This document shows positions 1 through 12,080 of a stretch of 64,000 nucleotides of DNA, piece by piece. How positions within the stretch are numbered: position 1 is the stretch's first letter; each line of letters begins with the position of its first letter. Below the pieces are notes generated by a model, which saw only the letters and a program-made list of their open reading frames with translations, ran no database searches and was not told where the DNA came from. This DNA comes from Selaginella moellendorffii (taxonomy: Eukaryota; Plantae; Lycopodiophyta): assembly GCF_000143415.4 (NCBI RefSeq), contig NW_003314321.1, positions 310,001 to 374,000 on the forward strand, given 5' to 3'. A program made the position numbers and the translations under genes.

Positions 1-1099
1 TTTTTTGTTGAGAAAACTTAGCTTGGCTCTTAGTTCTTTTTTGCTATGTCTTGCACTTTCTTAACAAGAATCCTCTAGTATTAAGATTAATCACTCAATA
101 TTGTCAAATGATAATTTACTATGTTTGCTAAACACCTTCGCTATGATGCCCTTTATGGAGGGTTCTAAATATATAGTAGGGATAGTAGGTAGGTTGGGCA
201 TGGTTGACCAACTTGAGGTATAGTTTAGTTTCTGCTTGTGTGCTTGTCCTTGTTTTGCGTCTGATTTAGGTCTAAGCCTAAGTTCTATATTATGCTAATT
301 GATGGAATATTCATATCCTCGCGTTAGACCACCGATATGCTAAAATTGCATCAAACTCTATTTGGCTCCGTTTTACATGTTAGTCTTGACATTGGGATGC
401 TAGATGCTTTAAGAACAAATTGTTACTCTCTAGGAACTATCATATAAACTCTATAACTAATGGTTGCATTAATTTATATCATTAAAGCTTTAATATAGTC
501 AAAGATTTCATAAATGTTTTTGGTAAGGAAACCAATATCACTCTATTGTCCTATCCCTTTGCTCTTTAGGCCATATGCTCAAAAATTATTTTGTGCTCCA
601 CTTCCTTTGCTCCTAAACTCTATGCTTAGGAGTTTGGTTTCGTCTTTTCATTTAGTGGCCACTTAAACTCTACTCTACTGCCCTTGGACACGTGGCATGT
701 GGTGATGGAAGGTTAAGGTTTTTCTCTATAGTTATTCTATAATAAACCACCATAGAATAAAGAGTGAAAACCATATATACTACATTTAGTATCAGAAAAT
801 TAGTTTTAGCAAGTATTATCTAATGAGATTAGGCAACTGGTCTCATGTAGAGATGAAGATGATAATCTGAGTGGATACATATTTGGGTGCTATAACTTTA
901 CATTTATTCATTAGGTATAAATTTTAATTATTTTTTTATGAGCTTGCTTTTGGGCTCATAGGATGGAATAAGATATATCATCTTTATGAGTTTGCGCTTG
1001 GGCTTGTGAGTAGAAAAGGGAGTGTAGTTTTATTCATGGATTTTTCACTTTTATATTTAAACCCTAATAGATCATTTTTAAAATTATTCTCTTTGGTTG

Positions 1100-2110
1100 T
1101 TAATATTTGCCTCATGTTGTGAAAGAATAGTTTAAATCAAATTGTAATTTCCCATTTGTTTAAGTTGGCAGTATTTGATCTAATTAGGCCTTTTTTATTG
1201 TCAACTACTAGTAATGAATATGTCATTATTGCTTTTGAGTACTTGACTCATTAAGTGGAAGTTGGTGTTTTTGCTAATATATCTAACTATTATTGGATAC
1301 TTCCTCCATAATCCAATGATATTATAGCATTCTTGTCTAGAGTGAATTTGCAAAAATAATAGTCTTACATTTATAGCTGAGGTGTTTTATATATTGATGT
1401 TTTAGTTAGAGATATATCACACTTTCACGAGTGTTTATTATCCACAGTGGTGGAATGACTTATTCAAACTTTTAAGGGGATATCATAAACTAAATAAACT
1501 TTAAGCATTTGAATTATAATAGTTTGTTGCCATATCCTAGTATGCATATATTATATGGGTATAGAGTTTTATTGGTGTTTCACCATATACACTCTTATAT
1601 GGTCATAATTTTATATTGCTAAATTTACTTTTACAATTGCCACGAGCTATTGCAGGATTAATATTTAATATTCTTTCACTAGTTTGAGTGGAGTCTACTA
1701 AACACATAGCCTGTATATATGTGGGATAACAACAACTCTCATCATTATCCACTTACTAAGTACAAAGTGGATAACTCAGTGTTCATTCATTTTCTTAATC
1801 TTATGATATATAATTTATCTAAGTGACTCTTTACCTAATGAAAGGGACCATGTCAAATGTTTTAGCGAGTTGAACTATAAATTTATAAGGTTCATTACAA
1901 CAATAAGCCAATCTTCTAGAAATTATATATGTACAATGACTAAAGGGTATCATCCCAACCCATCAAGAAAAGAACTCTAATTGACTTCCATCTTTCCAAG
2001 AGGAAAGGATACTATAGAGTATATATTATTATTAGTGTATTGAGATTTTGATAGCTAACCACTTGTTTTTATATATAAACTAGGGTTTTGGATTTGTATT
2101 CCATGCATTT
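1100..2110 (+). mobile_element. Highly degenerate Ty3/Gypsy remnant (integrase region, PPT and partial 3' LTR), same family as 29965-34979
   Basis: Colinear similarity to 33780-34930. For example tcaactactagtaatgaatatgtcattattgcttttgagtacttgactcattaagtggaagttgg (1201) matches tcaactactggcaatgagtatgttattattgcttctgactacttgactcattgggtggaagttgg (33873), and the LTR motif tatataaactagggtttt occurs at ~2073. No ORFs survive. Boundaries are approximate. Confidence 0.85.
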
Positions 2111-2617
2111 ATAGTATAATATCTATATTAATAATATTAATTTTATAAGGTTTTTTTATCTTTTATATGGATGTATATAATAATATCTATATATATTAAT
2201 ATTTCCAAGTAAAGGCTCATGATGTAAATAATCTTTTGCATCTAGTACCTACTTTTAATAATAATTATTCTTAGTATTTTTTGAAAAACTTATTCTGGGT
2301 CTAAGTGGCAATATATTGGTGCACATTTTTAAAAATAATTATACAGGGAAAATATAAATTCATAATAAAGTGATTAATTAAAGTGTATAATTCTCAATTA
2401 ATTGATGATGAATAGTATGAGTAGAATGCAGAATAATTAAAATTATAACTAACAGTTAATTTATCTTACAATGATCAATAAAATGTAAAACTTTTTGATA
2501 AAGACCTTTTTTATTTATTTATTTTGGAACTTCCAAAAGCCTGTTGTAACAAGTCGTGTTCTTACCTGTTAGCTAAGAACTCTTCGAATGATTCTTTTGA
2601 TACCAAAAGAAGCTTTG

Positions 2618-5010
2618 TTAGCTATCAAGAGAATCGTCTGAAGAGTTCATGCTCGTTGTTGCCTCGGGTCTAAGTTTCCACTTTCCCTTGTCATACTTTG
2701 TCAGAGGCTTTACTCGCAGGTCACCATCCGGAAATACTATAACCTGGAGGAAGCAAAAGCTTAGAACGCGATTTTTGTGTGGCTTGTTACCTGGTCCATG
2801 CATTTCTCGTCGATCGATTTCACAACCTCGGGATTGACACCTTCCTTGATAGCCTTTGCAAACAATATAGTACCAGTGGAACCTCTCTCGAAGAAAAGAA
2901 AAAACTGGTACCTCAGATTTCACAGCTCGGAGAACTGAGTTGAAGCTGGAAGCTCCCTTCACCAATAGCTTGTTCTTACGCAAATAGTTCTGGAAAGAAA
3001 CATTGTTTTTAAGTTAGTGAGGAAAGGAGAGGAAGGAAAGAACCAACTGACACAGCCAAGCATTTCATTCTTGAGAGTATTGATCGCCTGCTCCTGTCGT
3101 CGTTGATAATCCATGGCTTCTTTGTGCTCCCCCTCCAAACGAGCCGCAAGCTTGAGCAAGGCTTCTTTCTCCCCGTTCAGAATGAGGCTTGCTTGCTCGA
3201 GTTCCACGATTCGCTGTTGGTCCCATTCTCCCGTGTCGATGATCCGTCCCAGCCGATCACACTCGGACCTTGTCTTTTGATTCTCGTTCTCAAGAACAGC
3301 AGCATACTCCTCTATTCGATACGATCGCTCTTGCAATTGGATCTGGAAAACCACCCCACTTCAGTCCCCAGGAAGAAAAAAGGAAGTTGCTTTACCTGCA
3401 TGTAAGTGATCCAAGCTTCGAAGAACCATCTAGTTCTCAAGTGAGTGCATTTCCTCCTTGCTCTCTCACAGGTTCGCCTCTTCCATATCTCCTCCAAGCA
3501 AATCTCACGGAGATCAGTGAAGTACCGTTTGAGACGTGCGCGGATGATCCTAGTTGCGATTGTGTCGTACTTCATCTTCCGCGAGATGAACAGCCTCCAC
3601 ATCTCGAATGCAATGCTTAAACGGCATCTCCTCATTCTTCTCCTCCGGAATTTCAAGAACGAAGTTTCATCGTCCCACGTCCATATGCAATCTTGTGCAA
3701 CTCTTCTTTGTCTTCTCTGGATAACTCTCAAGTCGCGCTCTCTGATAAGTTACAACGGAGGAAACCAAAGGAAAGGATTATAATTGTCCGGAACGCTCAA
3801 GATGGCTTACCTCTTTCTTGGATATCTCTCCCAGAGCTTAAAGCCGACGGCAACTTTCCTCCTGGTAACGATGTAAAAGATGTGATTGCGTCGAGATCTT
3901 GTGTCTTTCAAAATTTCCAGTCCAATCTGTTACACAAGCCAGAATTATGAAGCCTTCCAAAGATGACAACAAACGCTCCACAAACCTTGAAAGCAAAGAA
4001 AGCTCGATGCAGTCGTCGCCTTTTGATTGCATTCACAGCTCTCTGCCTCACACACCCCCGTTGCCTTACGTTTAGATCACGTACGAGCTGCTTTTCTCTC
4101 CTAAAAAACGTAGATAATGAGAGACAAGGAACGAGAAAACGAACGAACCAGTGTTTCTCGTCCTCGCGAAGCCTCTTCTTGACGAGTGACGACCACGCTC
4201 TCCTGTAAGGACAATCTGCACGGTTTTAGAAGCTGATCAATCCTCTCCCTCGAATTATTCGTGAAAACCCAAAGAGCAAAGTCCTTCGTTACCAGATGCG
4301 TTTGAGGCTGTGGCGGCGCAGCAGATTCTGGGCGGACAACTGGAGTTTCATGAACTTGTGCATGCGTAGCCAGCAGATGTGCCATGCATCAAAGGCGCGG
4401 CCCAGCCTTCTTCTCAGCGCGTAGTCTCTTGCGTTTCTCATGGCAACTCGCCGCGCGAGTTTCCTTTGTACGTAGAAAATCCACGCAAGGAAAGCCGACT
4501 TGTAATAGCGAAAGTTCCTCTTCCTCATCTACAAACACACAGGAATTCTAAGTTTCTACAAAGCTCAAACGGAGAAAAACTTTGTAAACCTGGACAGTGA
4601 GCAGCGTCATGTTCTTCTCGATCACGCTCTTCACCCTCTCAGTGTTGGCTGCCAGATCCTCGAGCTCATCATACGCTAGCTGCATTGGCAGCTCGTAATC
4701 CTTGACTGCCATCCTCAAAGCCTGGGGCGAAGCAAAGCGAAGAGAAAAGAGAGAGAGAGAGAGAGAGAGAGAGATCATCGATCGATCCAAAATCTGCTCG
4801 AAATCGAGAGCTTACCAGGAGGCGCGCTTGGAACTCCGGCACGCCCGAGTCGCCCAGCGCCATTGTAGCCGGCATTCTCAATTCTTTGCTGGAGCGCCTC
4901 CTCTTCATCACTTCCCGGATGTATTCCGCCTCGACGTCGTCCACCATCGAGCCAGCTCGAGAGGAATCCCTGCTGCTGGGGGCCTGCCGCGAGGCCGCCC
5001 TGCCCGCCAT
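2618..5010 (-). CDS. Multi-exon Sfi1-repeat (centrin-binding-like) protein with C-terminal coiled coil
   Basis: Spliced exons with GT-AG sites (first donor GTAAG at 4815) encode A-x7-xL-x3-F-x2-W repeats: ARDYALRRRLGRAFDAW, AQNLLRRHSLKRIWRAW, AVNAIKRRRLHRAFFAF, ARRKCTHLRTRWFFEAW. A heptad-rich exon lies at 3060-3345, and the stop is TAA at 2618. Confidence 0.7.
4741..4773. repeat. (GA)n microsatellite in intron 1 of the Sfi1-like gene
   Basis: Directly visible agagagag tract. Confidence 0.95.
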
Positions 5011-5563
5011 CGATCGCTCGTCAGAAATTTCAAAAGGGCAAAAAGCCCTAATGCGTGGTCTTAACTACCTTAGTAATGTGTAAGAGTAAATTATTAAACC
5101 CATTGAAGTTTTAGAAGAGCTGATGACGTATTTTCTCAAGGTTTACAGTGCTTTGTCCAGGTTTTCGATAGTGAAATATCATGTAAACCTCTAAGTGGAA
5201 ATCATAGTGCAAAAATTATTTTTGATTGGATAGTGGACTTTGTTATTTGTGAAATTGTCTTTTGGTGCTGGAATCAAACTGGCTCTACATAATAAACTCT
5301 CCAAGACCAATGTATGAACGAAATGGAAGATGGTGGCTGGATATCAAAAACTGGACAACAGGTGGTGGATGGCACAAGCACCCCAAAAATTGCTTGAAGA
5401 CCCACCACAATTGCTTGAAGACAGAACAGTTGGAGCAGTTAAATATGAGATTTACCTCTCCACTGTAAATCCACTGGGTTGCAATCCATGTATCTACCAG
5501 TCTGTGTGTGCAGCACACTTTAGCATCATATAGATGTGGGAATCAGCCTTTGTGGTTAGAGAT

Positions 5564-6065
5564 GGGAAGGAGTTCCCGGGTAGGGCAAGCACATTTCTGC
5601 CCAGAACAGGCAAACCTGGCAAGTGCATTCTGAAGGGAACAAGCGAGCCCATGCCTAGGGAACGGCCTTAACAAGTTGTGGCAAGACTGTTAATAGACAC
5701 ATGGCATAACATTATTTGAGGATGAGAGGGTTCACTTGGCAGCTAGCAGCTAAGTTTTGGAGAACTTGGCAGTTGTCAACCACGTTCTCGTGATTCAATC
5801 CAATGGCCACTAATGGCTAAATCAAGTTAATGGGTGAACCACAGCCTGTTAAGAAGGAGTTCCCTAGTAGGGTGAGTATGTTTCCGCCCAAAATAGGCAA
5901 GCCAAGCATTAACCTGGCCACCACATTTAGGAGGGGACAAGTGAGCCCATGCCCGGGAAATGGACTTAATGGGCTGTGGTTAAACTGTTAACAGACACAT
6001 GGAATAACATTATTGGAGGATGAGAGGGTTCTCCAAAACTTGGTAGCTATCATTGTAACCATGTG
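5564..6065. repeat. Diverged direct duplication of about 200 bp (~5564-5780 vs ~5851-6065), unclassified
   Basis: Shared anchors in the same order: gaaggagttccc, gagcccatgcc, actgttaa-agacacatgg-ataacattatt-gaggatgagagggttc. Confidence 0.75.
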
Positions 6066-6611
6066 TTTTTTATTATCAAAATGGAAAACCATTTCATGGG
6101 CTTCTGATAAAGGAGGTTTAAAAGAACATTTTTTATTAGGAAAAGCACATTCAAACACATATATAGCAACACTCTTGAATCCATTTCCTGCTTGATAAAC
6201 TTTTCAAGCAACTTACAATAGGATACATCCAGAGCAACTTATCCTTGTTCATGTGTAAGAAGCCCAATGCTCAGCCAAGGACACCACTTTCCTCTACCTT
6301 AGTATGGACAAACTCTGGTGTAGTGCATTGAAGAGGGTGTGTTATGTACAACTCACCTACCATTTCTTGAGTCTGAGAGATAGTGCATGTGAAAAATCTA
6401 TTTAATGATAGTTTTTAATTGTTTAAATCTAGAGTGTTTTAAGTTTAATCATAAAATAGATACAATAAGGTATATAATTTAAAAGATATTGTTGAGCTGG
6501 CAAAATAAAAATATGTTTACTAGATTGCAATAATAAAATTTATTGAATATAGTTATTTTGGTACTTCTATTGTCACCTAAAAACTCTTTATAATTTAAAT
6601 TAATTATATAT

Positions 6612-9600
6612 TGTGAGTGCATGGAATATGGAAAGGGAATATAGAAAATATACATATCAATTAACCCAAAAACCCTAACTTATATACAAGAGCAAGTGGT
6701 CCAAATTGAAATTAATCCAACGGCTACTAAAATCCCACTACACTAATATTAGTATACAGCATTATAGCCATACACTTAGACTTTATATTATCCTCTTCTT
6801 TTGGAATAATGGAAGACCATTAGGGTTCTTTTGTAGATGAACTGAGATCTAGAGGAATGTTAGGAGGAGGCATCAGCAGATTTGTTAGTGGTATCAGTTG
6901 TTCTTGATCCCTTTGTACAAAGCGTTCCAATCACTGCATATGCATAATATCTGGAGGATCAGCTTACTAGACGTCATGCCAAACCTCATAAACTTGTGGT
7001 TTAACTTGCCGCAACACCCAATATGGTCCTTTCTACTGAGCAAAGAGCCCCTTAGATAAACCACATGCCGTAAGATAGGGAAAACAGACTAACACTAAAT
7101 TATACATTTTATACTTTGCAGTTGGATGATGATGGGAGTTATAGCACTATTGTTGTCCCACTTGTATACGGATTAAGTGTTTGGCAGACTTCACTTGGAC
7201 AAGTGGAAGAATGCTTGTCAAATATTGATCCCACAACTTAGCATCAGTAGTTCGTGGCAATTGTAAAGGTAAATCCAACTCTGTTGGTAATATTAGATCA
7301 TGATTATATAAAAGTTTATATAGTGAAGCACTAATAAAATTTCTGCACCCCTATGACATATGCATACTGAAGAAACAACAAATAGCTATCCCAATTCAAA
7401 TGCTAAAAGTTTATATACTTCGCAATCATTCCTTTGAATGTCCGAATGAGCCATTCCACCAAACCATTTGACTGTGGATAATAAACACTCATGAAAGTAT
7501 GGCTTATCCCCAACCAAGACATCAAAACATGAAATCCCTTAACTATAAATGCAAAACTATTATCTGAAAGAATCTACTCTAGACAAAAATGCTAGAACAC
7601 CACTTAATTGAGGAGGAAGTATCTAATAGCAGTTGCAGAGGTGCTAGCAAGAGCACTAACTTCCACCCAATAAGTCAAATAATTAAAAGCAATAATAACA
7701 TATTCATTGCCAATAGTCAACCGTGGAAAAGGTCCCATAAGATCAAATGCCACAAACTCAAACGGATGGGAAATTGCAATTAACTCCAACCATTCTTCTG
7801 CAGCACAAAAGGGAGTATTATGAATTGGGCACCAAACACAGTTACACACATATTGGATAACATCACATCACATCTCTAGCCAATAGAAAGACTTGTGCAG
7901 CTTTTCGGTCACATGACAATGTCCCATATGCCTGCCTAAAATAAGAGAATCATGGTAAGCATGGAGAAACCATGTAATAAAGACGAAAGGCACCACCAGC
8001 CATAAATGATCATCAGGATTTGTCCCCACAAAATAAAGAAGGTTATCTTCAAAGCAATATTGAGAATGTAAATGCTAAATGACCAACCAAGTTCTTTTAC
8101 TTTAATAATGAAGTAACGCTAGCATGATCAATGTCTAAGAACCATATAGATATATATGAAGTTTCTCAAAACCCCAGATTGTTGCTAAACACTCCTTTTT
8201 TATCATGAAGTAGTTTACCTCCACTGGTTGTAATGTACAATTTATATACATAATGGGATGGCACTGACCAAGCACACTCGAACTCTCTTGCACAAACACT
8301 CCTCCAAGACCAATATCAAAAGCATCCATACACAAAATGAAAGGTCGAATGTAGTTAGGATATGCCAAAACTGGAGGAGTCGTCAATAACTCTTTGAGAT
8401 ACATGAACGCCCGCTCACAGTCCGCAAACCAAATGAAAGATGACATTGATGACTTTAGCAACACTCGCAATGGTGCAATGCAATCAGAAAAATGATCCAC
8501 AAAAAAACTAAGATACTGCACCTTGCTCAGGAAGCGTTGCATATCGTTCACAGACTTTAGAGTAAAAAACTTTAGAACAGTTACAAGTTTGTCAAGATCT
8601 ATTTGCAAACCTTCACAAAAAATATAGTATCCAAGATAAGTCGTGTCCTTACACCCAAACATGCACTTCGACTACTTCAGCTTTAAACTAACATTTTGTA
8701 GCCGATCCAACACTTTACAAACATCACGGACATATTCCTCCCACGTCCCCTCTGAATGGATCAACATATCATCAATAAAGTCAGCAGTCACCTCTGGCAT
8801 ATTACAAAGAACCTCGTCCATCATTTACTAGAAAGTTGTTGGAGCATTGTGTAAACCAAATGGCATCTCCAAGAACTCGTACAAACTAAACGGTGTATGA
8901 AAGGCAATTTTAGGAATATCTTTTTTGGCCATCAGTACTTGTTAGTACCCAAAAGCTAGATCTAGCTTGGAGAACTAACAACTTCTCCCTATGCAATCCA
9001 AAAGATCAGTAGTGTGAGGAAGAGGGTACACATCTGGGATCGTCACTTTGTTTAACAGAAGATAATCAATGCAAAAACAAATACTCCCATCAGGCTTCGT
9101 CACAAGATGAGGTTCACATGCCCAAGGACTCTACAACTTTCAAATAACATTCTTTTCCAACATCTCGTTAACATTTGCACATAAAATTTTGATCTCTTTG
9201 GATGACCAACGATGAACAGGAACTTTGATTGGACAAGCATCCCCAATTGAAATCAGATGATGTGTGGCAATCTTGGCCCTAGATAATAGGTCAAATTCAA
9301 AAAGATTGGCATACTCCTTCATGAGCCGGTCAACCATTGCAACACAAAGATTGTCAGAGGGATCAGAAAAACAGAACAAAATGGAAATACAGGAGGAAGT
9401 AGTGGGGAGATAAAAGTAATGGAAGTAGAGGTAAAAGCAAAGGGATGAAGAGGTATGGAAGTGAGAGGAATGAATGAAATATAAAAAAGTATAAGACAAA
9501 GGGAGAAAGTTTTAAAGTCACATTTGGCATGATTGTGTTGCAACCAATCCATACCAAGGATGAGGTCAAAAGCTTGACTGAACACCATTTGTAATGATTG

Positions 9601-11250
9601 GAACCTAAATTCAAGATTGCTCATATGCACAACTAAGTCCACCTCATCCAATACACATGCATGTGTATTGCCATTGCTATAAAGAATGAAAATTGGCTTT
9701 GCCACACGATGCAAGTGTAGACAGCAATATGTGGCAACAAGTTGAGCAATAGAAGATAAACTTGAACTTGTATTAACCAACATGGAAAGGATAATAGGAG
9801 ACCTTTTGTTATAAAAACAAGCTTGGAAAGTAAACACTAAATGAAGTGGTGCCGAGTGAACATCTTGATGATACTTCCAAAAGAAAGGTGGAGGGGTCGT
9901 TGACTTATTCACGCAAGGTCCTTCCGTTACTCGTGCAACTCCTCGTTTCCCAGATGCATCTCGGTGTACAGATCTTCCATTGCAGCAACACTAACAAGAC
10001 GTTGTTGATGCCAAGGTCTCCACCTAGGAAATGGAGGACCCAAATCTAGAAAATGCCGACAATGCTGATAAATGTGACTAACTTCATTACATGCTTAGTA
10101 GCAAACACCACGGCCATAACCACATCCTCGCCCTTGTCCTTGGACTCGAGCAACAGTAGCATCAACCTCCATTAGAACAGGACCATCGCCCATAGGAAAT
10201 AGAGCTGAAGGACATGCAGTGAGAAGTGGAAGAAGCGATATCTCATAATGTTGTGCTAAGTGAAAAGCATTGTCAAGGGTGGCTGGAGCAAGTGCATGCA
10301 CAAGTTTGACAAGATTTTAACAAAGTGCTAGCCACAACATTCCTAACTTGATCGACTCTGACATATTTGGTTTCATATGAAGCAATAGGCTTTAGAAACA
10401 AATGCCAAATTGCATCACCAACTCAAATAGCCTTTAACGAAGACAATGCAATTGTTGAAAGGAATCATCACAATTGTCGGCATATTTGAATGCGTGTTTA
10501 AAGACGTCCGGAAGAACACTCCAATCTTTACAAGTGGTTACACTTAAACTATTGTACCATTACAATGCCGTCCCTTGGAGATATATGGGAAACTCAAGCA
10601 AACATCAAGCATCATCTTAAAATTGATATGTGGTAATCATTGTGAAGTGATTATCCCAATGGTACACATCATCCTTAGGATTCCCACGAAAACACTCTAG
10701 CCAAACGCAAGAATTGGCACCAAGAGTAGGAAGAGTTATATTATGTGCCATGAATGTTGCTATTAACTGAGTTTGGTTGTTCAATTGCAAGTGCATAGCA
10801 TCAAGCAATTGTACCAACTGCTGCTCCAAAGTTAAAGGAGGAGGAGATTGTTACTCTACCATGAAGATGAATGAAAAGAAAAGAGTAAAAGAAATGAAAT
10901 GAAAAAAACTAGAAGGAAAGGGAGATTTAAACAATGCAAAAGTTAAATGTAAACCAAAATCCTGAATGGAAATAACAAAAGAAAGGAAATGAAAAAAGTT
11001 AGATTTAGACAATGCAAAACCTAAATCTAAACCAAAATCCAAAATCCAAGCACTCCTTAGGGAAAATCAAAAGTACCCCTCATTTCCACCAATATGAGTG
11101 CATGGAATATAAAAAAGGATAAATTAGCCCAAAAACCTTATCTTATATACAGGAGTGAGTGGTTTGGATTGAAACTAATCCAACGGCTACCAAAACCCTA
11201 TTACATTAATATTAATATACGGCATTGTAGCCATACATTTGGACCTCACA
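6612..11250 (-). mobile_element. Degenerate near-full-length Ty3/Gypsy LTR retrotransposon (older copy)
   Basis: LTRs at 6612-6787 and 11093-11250 with a 4-bp TSD ATAT (6608-6611 and 11251-11254). PBS TGGTGGAAATGAGGGGTAC lies next to the 5' LTR. Broken gag, protease, RT/RNaseH (ORF 8135-8662) and integrase (7604-7849) match the 29965-34979 copy, with a ~350-bp internal deletion near 8080. Confidence 0.95.
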
Positions 11251-11721
11251 ATATATATTTTTTAGAAACCAACACAATAAAAATAATATCAATAAAAGGT
11301 TTAGAAAATAAATTAAAAGTCCTAATTTCACTTTATAATCAACATAATTTTAAATAACTTTAAATATTTTTTACTATAATTTTAAAATATACAAAAATAA
11401 ATAATTTCTAAGTATAAATGCTACCCAAGATTTCCATCTCAGTTGAATATACATTTATAAGTATAAGTTTCAGCTGGAAATTTTTTTTAAATATGTATAT
11501 AATATGGTGTAAATATTAAGTATTTATAAATTCTTCAATTACTCTTTGAAATTTATGTTTTTCATGTAGAAAATAACTAAATATGAATGTAAATTATATA
11601 CTGCTATACCATTGTAATCTAGATTTACTATTTATTTTATTCATATAAATATAGTAAACTGTTAAAGTATTTTTAATACAGTTTGATGGGTGGGGAGTGG
11701 AGGCTCTCGGGCAGCTGGGGT

Positions 11722-12020
11722 TGGTGTGTATTGTATTTGACTATGTTAGTAGAAACGTGCTGATTTAACACTTCCAAGTGCTTCGTTTTATTCTTTCTTC
11801 TTTTCACATAGCAATAATTCAAGTAGACATTGTGATTGTTTCAAAAAAAGCTTCTGGTGTGTATTGTATTTTACTATATTAGTAGAAATGTGCTGATTTA
11901 ACACTTCCAAACGAGGTCTGTGCTTCGTTTTTTTCTTTCTTCTTTTCACATAGCATTGTTTCAAAAGCTTCTGGTGTATGTTAGTATAAATCTGCTGATT
12001 TAACACTTCAAACGGAGGTA
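11722..12020. repeat. Three imperfect tandem units (~115-135 bp) immediately upstream of GH3
   Basis: tggtgt...tagta-aaa--tgctgatttaacacttc recurs at ~11722, ~11855 and ~11972. Confidence 0.85.
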
Positions 12021-12080
12021 TATTTGACTCTTCTTTTATTTCTTACCTCTGGTGCCCCATCTCCTTTCCGGATTTAGGCG

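Noticed and set aside
1-1100. Probable older TE debris
   Set aside because: Could not be aligned confidently to any element in the window by eye.
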